Shown one piece after another: positions 1 to 8,452 of a stretch of DNA of 12,784 nucleotides (the stretch's first letter is position 1; each line of letters starts with the position of its first letter). This stretch comes from Octopus sinensis (Eukaryota), in the NCBI RefSeq assembly GCF_006345805.1, contig NW_021826515.1, positions 1-12,784 on the forward strand, written 5' to 3'. The translations under genes were made by a program, and so were the position numbers. The notes beneath the pieces were generated by a model. That model saw only the letters and a list, made by a program, of their open reading frames with translations. It did not search any database and was not told the DNA's origin.

Positions 1-257
1 GGCATTCGGCCGACTGCTGCTATCAACCGGAGAGAATATATGCGTGACCGCCGCCTTCAATCGCTGGGTCCCAAGTCCCCGATGACTGCTGCTAGTGGTC
101 AAACGTTCTACGACCCCCTGCCTTGGCCAGGGTCGTGCTTCCGGTGGTTCGCGCATGCGCGAGAGGGGCCTTCCTTTCTCTGCCTTGGTAAAGGCACCAA
201 CACGCGCGAAATACAAATGGACGGTGCGCGAGCGCGCGCCGTTGTAGGATCACTACA
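1..257 (-). repeat. 3' LTR (U3-proximal 257 bp; remainder lies outside the window)
   Basis: Identical to 2126-2382 except C201/T2326. Starts TGTAG on the minus strand 2 nt after the PPT. Confidence 0.93.
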
Positions 258-259
258 GG

Positions 260-268
260 CTCCCCTCC
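260..268 (-). promoter_or_regulatory. Polypurine tract (plus-strand primer)
   Basis: Minus strand reads CT-GGAGGGGAG-CC-TGTAGTG, a purine run directly abutting the 3' LTR. Confidence 0.85.
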
Positions 269-447
269 AGTGCGTACGCACGAAAGGAAACTTATTGTAG
301 TGACTGCAAAACTCAAGGTGGACACCATATAACCAAATAGCACACAATAATATAATGGCAAAATTTATAACATACACAAGAAATTTACTAAAGGAAAAAG
401 AGAAAAAATACTCAATGAGCAAAAATCAAGAGTGCATGCATGAAAGT

Positions 448-619
448 GTATACGTCACAAAGTATAGAGCCTTCCGCTGTAGGAAGCGGAGGGAATGCAA
501 AACTCACAGTTAATGAACCTAGGCGAAATTAAATCCAACTTCTCTAAAGGTGGTTGATCCTGCGAAATAGCAGTTAAATCAATTGCTGCAGGAGAGGAAA
601 TGGAATTGGCAGAAGCTCG
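448..619 (-). pseudogene. pol: Gypsy pol remnant, RNase H-integrase linker region, one frameshift
   Basis: Manual translation gives RASANSISSPAAIDLTAISQDQPPLEKLDLISPRFINCEF, then after a frameshift AFPPLPTAEGSILCDVY. This resembles the ...LSR...IDxxxIAxxQ...LxCDxSTG linker that follows RNase H in Gypsy Pol (recognised from memory, not searched). Confidence 0.7.
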
Positions 620-1779
620 CTAGTAACACAAAAGGCAAAAGGTGCAAACATGCTGGTGTGATGCGCGACACAGATAATTTTCTGTTAATTACGTGACCAA
701 CAGTGGTCTAACAGGGAAAAATAATTACGCCTAAACATGGCGCAGCGCATGGGAACATCCGACGTCCCACGAGTCGGGAAAAGAATTAAGCTAGCGCAAA
801 CGTGTTGCAAAAAAAACAAGGCAATACACGTGCGAAGCAAGGCGCATGAAATGCAATAGTGCTTGCCAGACCGAAAAACAGCAAGAATATGCCAGTGGTT
901 GAGCGATTATATGCCTCGTTCGTACAGGAACAAAGGTATGACATGCTGGCGCGTTATAATGGACAAACAACCCTCTCTATGTATACGTGACCGACCTAGG
1001 GTCTATAGAAATGAGGGGTGTCCACAAAAGGCAAATTTAGCATGGAACAAACAAGCGAGAAAAGCATGTGTGACGTATGTATGTGAGAGAGAGCATTTAT
1101 GTGTGTGTACGTGTGTGCGACAGAAATACATACAAGGTGAATGCGAGCAAAATATAAAAACAGCGCATAAAAAATGTCTCTCATGTGCTATTTCAGACAA
1201 GAGTTAATTTACCAGTCTGTAATAGCCTGATGTACAATAGCAGTTCGTTCTGTAACAGAAATGTTGAAATCACAAAATGCAGATGCCGGTTGAACACATA
1301 TCGTGTAGCGGTTGTGGCTTCAATGCTGTGACAGGTTAACTGGAACAGAAGAATCTCGTAGATAGACGGTGCTGTGAATCCTTGGTGTGCATATGCACAA
1401 ACGGCAAGTGGACCAAACTTCCGCGAGTTGCTATGTACATCTTGGTGGAGGTCGACGGTGTTGAAAGGCGACGTTGGTGGTGGAAGGCGACTGTAGTGGA
1501 CTTGGGACAACATCGTTCTTAGTGATGATGGCGACGAAGATAGCGACGACGTGAAGTAGACAGACGACGATGATGATGACGAAGGTGGAGAAAAGGCATC
1601 GAATATATGATGGCGTTCGTCATCATGGCTGTAGAATAAGAAAAAGGCTCCTTCTACAACTGTTTGTGGTGGCCGGAAACAAATCGTCGAAAGATGAATG
1701 CGTAGAGTTAAATCGTGTTCCGACTTCGCAGAAAAACTGGATTTTTTTGTTGTTAAGTGATCTCTGGTTTTAGACCAGA

Positions 1780-1797
1780 ATCACGTCGGGGTCACCA
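1780..1797 (-). promoter_or_regulatory. Primer-binding site complementary to the 3' end of tRNA-Trp(CCA)
   Basis: Minus strand TGGTGACCCCGACGTGAT is the exact complement of the eukaryotic tRNA-Trp 3' end (...AUCACGUCGGGGUCACCA). It lies 1 nt after the LTR-terminal CA. Confidence 0.95.
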
Positions 1798-1798
1798 G

Positions 1799-2382
1799 TG
1801 AAACGAACTTAGTGAGTGATGTGAACATCTGATCTTGTACTTTCGGGGTACAAGAAATCAATCACTCACTAGCCGTTGCTTTAATAATCCAGATTCTCTA
1901 CAAGTCAGAAACAACAAGACGCAGACGTGAAATATATATAACTACTTTATTCTCTTTCTTGGTAACAATAACAATAAGTGTGTTATCTGATGTCCTTGAT
2001 TCTGGGCGCGCAAGGCTGAAAGTTAATAGATTGTGATATTTACAATGTCCAGCCGCTAAACCAGAAAGGGGTCAAGATGGCGTCGAACAGGGAAGTTGAA
2101 TGTGGTCGGCAACAATTTGGTTAAAGGCATTCGGCCGACTGCTGCTATCAACCGGAGAGAATATATGCGTGACCGCCGCCTTCAATCGCTGGGTCCCAAG
2201 TCCCCGATGACTGCTGCTAGTGGTCAAACGTTCTACGACCCCCTGCCTTGGCCAGGGTCGTGCTTCCGGTGGTTCGCGCATGCGCGAGAGGGGCCTTCCT
2301 TTCTCTGCCTTGGTAAAGGCACCAATACGCGCGAAATACAAATGGACGGTGCGCGAGCGCGCGCCGTTGTAGGATCACTACA
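1799..2382 (-). repeat. 5' LTR, 584 bp, TG...CA
   Basis: Outer boundary is where identity to 1-257 stops (2382). Inner boundary is the CA just before the PBS. CpG-rich U3, AATAAA at 1946-1951 and AT-rich R/U5. Confidence 0.9.
1946..1951 (-). terminator. Candidate LTR polyadenylation signal AATAAA
   Basis: AATAAA on the element sense strand ~150 nt before the LTR end, followed by a GT/T-rich downstream stretch (GTCTTGTTGTTTCTG). Confidence 0.55.
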
Positions 2383-2814
2383 TACCCATCATGACTACCC
2401 GTCTGATAAAGGTACACCAGGCACATGCATCACAACCATATGTGCGCGACATGGTGATCTCATATCAAGATAAACAGCACATGACCTTGCAGGTGGGGCC
2501 CAGTTAGAATTTTCTTCAGGTTGAGTAACCCATCCCGCTCAAACGGTCCCTGAATAAGGGTTGTTTAAGGATGTTGAAAGAACCACCCATGTTTCCAGAG
2601 GTGAACTATTCAAACCCCAAAGAATCCCTCTCAACACATGGCTATGATGCTCCCCCACTACTTCTGCTCGTGATCAGAGATGCACATATCGTCAGCCACT
2701 AAGGGGCATGCTCAACTGGTTAAGGTCAAACAACTGACAAGCAAATCTGTGGTATTGAGCAGAATATTTGCTGTAAAACCCATCTTTTATACCAAGACAA
2801 AACAATGTACATGA
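2383..2814 (-). mobile_element. Fragment of a high-copy octopus interspersed repeat (possibly a non-LTR element 3' UTR), interrupted by the LTR element
   Basis: Non-coding block I recall as a frequent Octopus repeat normally flanked by (AAT)n. Here it abuts a (TAT)n array on one side and the LTR on the other. Family assignment is not verifiable without a search. Confidence 0.45.
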
Positions 2815-2843
2815 TATTATTATTATTATTATTATTATTATTA

Positions 2844-2920
<77 letters not shown>
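2815..2920. repeat. (TAT/AAT)n microsatellite, ~35 units
   Basis: Direct reading; one TAT->CAT interruption. Confidence 0.98.
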
Positions 2921-3352
2921 TAATAAAGGAATCGACTGACATGGCAAGGTTGGAGGAAGACGAACCGTTGATTAGGAAGCAACGTCTACGATGGACACGA
3001 AACTCATTTATGAGCGCAGAACAAGTGATGGACGATAAGAGAATATCAATTGGGTAAGGAATGACCATGCTTCTTTTCTCCTTTAACAATGCTTGCTGCT
3101 CTTGTTCCAACCATGGCTGCCCCTGCGTAGTTATTTGTGGTGTTGTTTACTTTGTGAAACAATGAAGGGAGATGGTTGCTAGCACATCAACCCCTACCCA
3201 CGTTTTCCCCATCCACTTCTTTACCATAAAGGGTCCCCAACAAAATCCGATAATAGGTATAGAAGCAAAAGGGACAGAGAGGGCGCGGTTGGATTGGGGA
3301 AGTTCTTTTGAAGTTGGCGTGCCGATGGTGTGTGTGTGTGTGTCACTGAAGC

Positions 3353-3999
3353 CATACATACATACATAGATACATACACATGCATATATATATACATACA
3401 TATTTAAATACATACACATACATACATACATACACACATACATACATACACAAATACATACCTTACATACATACATATATACATACATACACGCATACAT
3501 ACATAGATACATACATAAATACATACACACATACATACATACATACAGACATACATACACACATACATACTCACATACATACACACACACATACATACAT
3601 ACATACATACACATACATACATACATACATACATACACACATACATACACAAATAAATACATACACACATACATACATACACACATACATACACACATAC
3701 AAACATACATATATACATACATACATACATACATACATACATACACACATACATACACACATAAATACACACATACATATATACATACATACATACAGTA
3801 CATACATACATACATACATACACACATACAGAGATACATACATACACACATACATACTCACATACATACACAAATACATACACACATACATACATACACA
3901 AATACACACATACAACACACATACATACATAAATACATACATACATACATACATTCATACATACATACATACATACATACATATGTACGTACATACATA
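3353..3999. repeat. Compound (CATA)n/(CA)n microsatellite, ~650 bp
   Basis: Direct reading; accounts for the HTYI/MYVC pseudo-ORFs. Confidence 0.98.
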
Positions 4000-4001
4000 A
4001 A

Positions 4002-4311
4002 CTCTCCCTCTCTCTCTCCTTCCCTCTCTCTCCCTCACTTCTCCCTCCCCTGGCTCCCCTCCCCCTCTCACTCCCTTTCTCTCTCCTTCCCCCTCTCTCT
4101 CTCCCTCTCTTCTCCCTCCACCTTGTCTACCCTCTCTCTCCCCTGTCTCCCCTCTCTCTTCTCCCTCCCCCAGTCTCCCCTCCCCCTCTCCCCCTCTAAC
4201 TCCTTACCCCGCTCTCTCTACCCCTCTCTCTCTCCCCTTCTCTCTCTCTTTCTCTCTCTCTCCCTCATTCTCTCTCCCCCCTCTCTCTATCTCTCCTCCC
4301 CTCTCTCTCTC
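4002..4311. repeat. Polypyrimidine (CT-rich) low-complexity tract, ~310 bp
   Basis: Almost exclusively C and T on the plus strand. Confidence 0.97.
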
Positions 4312-4312
4312 A

Positions 4313-4441
4313 GTCATCACTGAATGCTTTCATGGTATGTAATAGGCCTTCAAGCTCATTCTTGTCTTTGCCTAAGAGTTTTAAGTCATCCATACACAAT
4401 AGATGGCTTATTTTCTCATTGTCCATTTTATACCCGTACCC
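4313..4441 (-). pseudogene. Internal fragment of an R4/Dong-type (RLE non-LTR) reverse transcriptase spanning the catalytic motif
   Basis: 43 stop-free codons: GYGYKMDNEKISHLLCMDDLKLLGKDKNELEGLLHTMKAFSDD. This matches the ISHLLYMDDLKL...FSDD signature of R4-type RTs, with YMDD changed to CMDD. Confidence 0.8.
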
Positions 4442-4600
4442 AGAACTTCATTTCTTTATTGTCTTTAAAACTGGTAGATATTCTATCGGTTTCTATGAGG
4501 GGAACAGCTATGTTATGACGATGTAAACACAGCAACACTGGTGGTCAAGTGGGGTGGATGGACAAACACAGACACAAAGACACACACACACACACACAAT
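4439..4600 (-). mobile_element. Diverged central/3' fragment of the octopus tRNA-derived SINE
   Basis: Aligns by eye to 8560-8700 of the SINE in this window (ttctatcggt.tct...aaacac...gtcaag...gacaaacacagacacaaagacac). Confidence 0.75.
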
Positions 4601-4955
4601 TATATATATATATATATATAAAATATTGGATTTGTTTTATTATATAGGCAGCGCTGTGACAACCTGAGACGCTGGGTATATATTATACTTTTGGAATTTC
4701 TCTCTGCTTAAGTGACATTTTCATAATGTCTTTGTTATTTTTATGATCCACATTTCATGGTGTAATGATGAATATCTTGGAATCCCATTCAGCTTATTTC
4801 TCCAGTTTTAGAATTTAATGATAAAGTCCCCATGAAAAATTCCTTTCGTCTATCTCTCGTTATGAATATGGTAAGAATAAAACTCTTTAACCTGTAAAGG
4901 GAAGAATTTTATAAAATTGTTCTATAAATTTGTCTCTGAAATTCATTTTCAGCAA

Positions 4956-5321
4956 TGGTAGTCATAGCAACGTGGTTAAGAATCTAGTTTCGCAACTCTG
5001 TGGTCTTGGTTTCAGTCCCACTGCATGGCACCTTGGACAAATGTCTTCTGATATAGCCTTGGGCTGAGCAAAATCTTGTGAGTGGAAGAGAGTCAGCCTT
5101 GATGAGATGCAGTTTGGTTTTGTGCCGGGGGAGAAACACTCGTGAAGCTATTTACCTGTTCAGGCCACGATTTCGTGGATGGAAGCAACATTTATTTGTG
5201 TGTCTGTGTTTGTCCCCCAAACCGTTTGACAGCCTGTTTTGGTATATTTATATACCTGTAACTGAGAGGTTCAGCGAAATAGATGGATAGAATAAGTCCC
5301 AGGATGAACAAGAAATATGAA
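4956..5321 (+). mobile_element. Diverged octopus tRNA-derived SINE (OK/OR-type), interrupted and 3'-truncated
   Basis: tRNA-like head (A-box-like ...GTGGTTAAG, B-box-like GGTTTCAGTCCC), core CACTGCATGGCACCTTGGACAAATGTCTTCT...CTTGTGAGTGGA, and tail GTGTCTGTGTTTGTCCCCC...GATAGAATAAGT. Homologous to 8487-8972. Confidence 0.85.
5087..5168 (+). pseudogene. ~82-bp RTE-clade RT fragment embedded in the SINE
   Basis: RVSLDEMQFGFVPG(frameshift)RNTREAIYLFR is the QFGF.PG.ST..AI motif. Homologous to 12183-12248 (minus) of the RTE element in this window. Confidence 0.8.
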
Positions 5322-5574
5322 TTGGTGGTGGAAGGCGACTGTAGTGGACTTGGAACAACATCGTTCTTAGTGATGATGGCGACGAAGATAGCGACGACGT
5401 GAAGTAGACAGACGACGATGATGATGACGAAGGTGGAGAAAAGGCATCGAATATATGATGGCGTTCGTCATCATGGCTGTAGAATAAGAAAAAGGCTCCT
5501 TCTACAACTGTTTGTGGTGGCCGGAAACAAATCGTCGAAAGATGAATGCGTAGAGTTAAATCGTGTTCCGACTT
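5322..5574 (-). repeat. 253-bp copy of the LTR element's internal leader (1474-1726)
   Basis: Same orientation, offset 3848; one mismatch (G1506/A5354). Confidence 0.95.
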
Positions 5575-5806
5575 ATAAAAATAAGAAATAAGTGGAAATT
5601 TTACCGGTGAGTGTGTTAAATAATAAGGTACTAAAAGAGAATGACCCTCCCCAGACACAACAGATTGCGCATGGGACCATAATACCCCCACATTCAGACT
5701 GTGACCCATATTGGCACTTGATAGCTTGTCCTGGCTTGTCTCTGGATCATGTCAATAGGGTGCAAAGGATCAGTGAGGGGTCAGCCAAGCCTTATTGGAT
5801 TTAAAA

Positions 5807-5896
5807 TTTACCAAGATATGTCTCTGTAAACTATACCTCTCTACTTGGGTGGGACATGGTGTCCAAATTCTGATTTGACTAACACTGCCAGCTGTA
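5807..5896 (+). mobile_element. CR1-type LINE 3' end fragment (~90 bp)
   Basis: Homologous to the last ~90 bp of 9521-10184 and 11036-11182 (ccaagatatgtctct...gggacatggtgtcc...ccag.tgta). Confidence 0.8.
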
Positions 5897-5933
5897 TATA
5901 TATATATATATATAAACACATATACATATATAT

Positions 5934-5970
<37 letters not shown>
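5895..5970. repeat. (TA)n microsatellite
   Basis: Direct reading. Confidence 0.97.
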
Positions 5971-5977
<7 letters not shown>

Positions 5978-6163
5978 CTTTTAATAAACCTGTCCTTGTA
6001 TGAAACGATCGTACTAAAACCTATCCATTCTTGTTGCTTCTTTCTCGCTTATAATCACCCCACATTACTGTATTGTTAAATCAGTATAGTTTTTTTTGGT
6101 GCATCTAAGTTAGGTACCATATTCAAGTAATTTTTTAAATTAACTTGAATCTTTATTGCTCTT

Positions 6164-6165
<2 letters not shown>

Positions 6166-6202
<37 letters not shown>

Positions 6203-6227
6203 TATATATATTATATAATATATATAT

Positions 6228-6261
<34 letters not shown>
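6166..6261. repeat. (TA)n microsatellite
   Basis: Direct reading. Confidence 0.97.
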
Positions 6262-6665
6262 TTTGTAAAAAATGAAGTTCGAAAATGCTGCTGTATTATA
6301 CAATTTTTAATTTTTATATATACATTATAACATGTTTCAGTTCCTGAAATGAACCTTATCAAAAAAAGTTATATATAAAAAAAGACAGCTCATGCCGTCA
6401 AACACAAGAAATTCATTTATAATACACAACGGAGTCAGACATCTTAGAGCTCATGTATAGTTGATATATAGTTCATGTATAGTTGATATATATTTTGAAG
6501 TATATGTTCAAAGTGTTCGATGCAGTGGCCCACGGTGGCGATACGTATTCAATACAAAAAACAGATCAAAGTGGTGGAAAGCGGTCAATACAGAAGATTG
6601 ATGTTTCCGAAAGAGCGAGGAATTCATTTTTACCTTAAGCAATTGTGATGACCCATGGTGGATGC

Positions 6666-6668
<3 letters not shown>

Positions 6669-6728
<60 letters not shown>

Positions 6729-7778
6729 ATATATATATAAACACATATACATACATCTCCTGCTGCATATACATATACCTATAGACATATATATACGTAT
6801 ATATATATATATATATATATATTATAACACACATGCATAGAATGTATATATATCTATATATATAAATATAGATAGATAGATAGATAGATATAGATATATA
6901 TATATATAAATATACATACATAATATATATATATGTTTATAGAGAATGTATACACAATATATATATGAAATAATTATATATATACACACACACATATATA
7001 TATATATATGTATATATATATGTGTGTATGTATATATATATATACATATACATGCATATTTATGTGTGTGTGTATATATATATGTATATATATGTGTTTT
7101 ATGATCTAAAATGCTCCAGCTAGGGCGTGGTTGAACAATCTTACGAAATTGAACCATATTCATTATTGAAATATAATCTAATCTGTTTCTCCTCTAAATA
7201 TTTAACTTCCTAAGTAAAGCGGCAACGTGACTTAACTATGAAAAGGAGAGGGGGAGACTAAGAGTGAGAGGGCGGGGAGGGAGAGAGAGAGGCAGACAGA
7301 CTGGCAGAGGGTGGGTGCAATAAAGCATAGAGAGATATAACAAAGCAACAACTAAAAAATATCGGACAATGATTTTAACAAATTAAAGAAAAGGCAGACA
7401 CTGACATACATTTGGATGAGTGTATATAATACTTATATACATGTATGTATATGTATATATATATATTGTGTGTGTGTTATACATATATTTACATGTATAT
7501 CTATATATATAGATATATATTATATATACATATACATACATAATATATATATATATATACACACAATATGTATATGTATATATAGAATGTATGCACAATA
7601 TATATATGAAATAATTGTATATACATATATTTACATGTATGTCTATATATATGTGTATGTATGTGTGTATATATATATATTTGTGTGTGTGTATATTTAT
7701 ATGTGTATATATATATATATATAATATATATATATATATAGATAGATAGATAGATACGTAGATAGACACACAGACAGA
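6669..7778 (+). repeat. Tandem array unit 1: compound TA/CA/GATA microsatellite + unique core (7096-7430) + microsatellite
   Basis: Core gttttatgatctaaaatgctccagc...tttggatgagtg recurs at 8983 and 10610. The landmark ctgctgcatatacatatacctatagac recurs near 6760, 8125 and 10240. Confidence 0.92.
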
Positions 7779-8070
7779 TGGCTGGAGAGCGGCTAACAAA
7801 AGTCTTGCTAAGTGATGCCAAGCCACCCTCGGCCTTCTTGACAATTTTAGAGATATGCTTTGTCCAACGCAAATCACTGCTGACAGTGATGCCTAGGTCA
7901 CGCTCGCAAGAGGATTTCTTGATATCAGTGTTGTGGAGGGAGTATGTGGACGCAGGGTTTTTTCTCCCAAAATGCATGGTGGTACACTTGTCCACAGCCA
8001 GTTTCAGTTGCCAGTCTGTGATCCATTGCTGCATTGTGTCTAGGTCTGATTGCAGGAAAGAGTTGTAGAC
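7779..8070 (-). pseudogene. CR1-clade LINE ORF2 internal fragment (post-RT/thumb region)
   Basis: Stop-free [34 protein letters not shown]...[25 protein letters not shown]...KTFVSR, the classic CR1 LQxDL...W...KC..MH...ERDLG...L.W..HI motif series. Confidence 0.92.
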
Positions 8071-8225
8071 TTTATATAAACACATATACAAATATACATA
8101 CATATATACATATACATACAACTTCTGCTGCATATACATATACCTATAGACTTATATATTATATATATATATATATATATACATGCATAGAATGTATATA
8201 TATCGATATATATATTTATATATAT

Positions 8226-8270
<45 letters not shown>

Positions 8271-8281
8271 ATATATACATA

Positions 8282-8312
<31 letters not shown>

Positions 8313-8419
8313 ATATATATATGTATATATAGAATGTATACACAATATATATATGAAATAATTATATATACACACACACACATATATATGTACACACAAT
8401 ATATATATATGTGTGCATG

Positions 8420-8452
<33 letters not shown>

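Larger units (their letters stand above)
1..2382 (-). mobile_element. Non-autonomous Ty3/Gypsy-type LTR retrotransposon (3' LTR cut by the window edge; predicted full length ~2.7 kb)
   Basis: Direct repeat 1-257 = 2126-2382 with one mismatch. On the minus strand the order is TGTAGT...TTTCA (5' LTR 2382->1799), 1-nt spacer, tRNA-Trp PBS, 1541-bp internal region, PPT GGAGGGGAG, then TGTAGT... (3' LTR). A pol-like remnant lies at 448-619; no intact gag or pol. Confidence 0.93.

Noticed and set aside
40-422. ORFs of 86-125 aa here and at 2072-2473
   Set aside because: They lie within the GC-rich LTRs, run across LTR boundaries into unrelated flanks, and show no recognisable motifs.
863-1207. 114-aa Cys-rich plus-strand ORF in the LTR internal region
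   Set aside because: TTG start, antisense to the element, cysteines derive from a TG-rich stretch; no domain pattern.
1779-1797. tRNA-Trp gene
   Set aside because: Only the 3'-terminal 19 nt including the encoded CCA are present; it is a PBS, not a tRNA gene.
1810-1871. Possible hammerhead ribozyme in U5 (CTGAT...GAAA-like words)
   Set aside because: The CUGANGA core is absent and the stem order does not fit on either strand; retained only as a hairpin.
2960-3005. IRKQRLRW, resembling the RTE C-terminal RRLRW motif
   Set aside because: Too short, and the following GHV motif is absent; may be a very old relic but cannot be supported.
3147-4323. Long ORFs of 127-234 aa (MYVC.../HTYI...) and the Leu/Ser/Pro ORF
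   Set aside because: Translations of (CATA)n and CT tracts, which lack stop codons by composition.
4770-4900. Minus-strand splice-acceptor-like site followed by LSLNSKTGEIS, weakly cadherin-like
   Set aside because: The frame ends in a stop right after the motif and other cadherin motifs are missing.
6420-6665. Possible Tc1/mariner transposase C-terminus (HFEHIL on the minus strand) and a 20-bp tandem duplication at 6451-6492
   Set aside because: No continuous frame, no TIR pair and no DDE/D motif visible.
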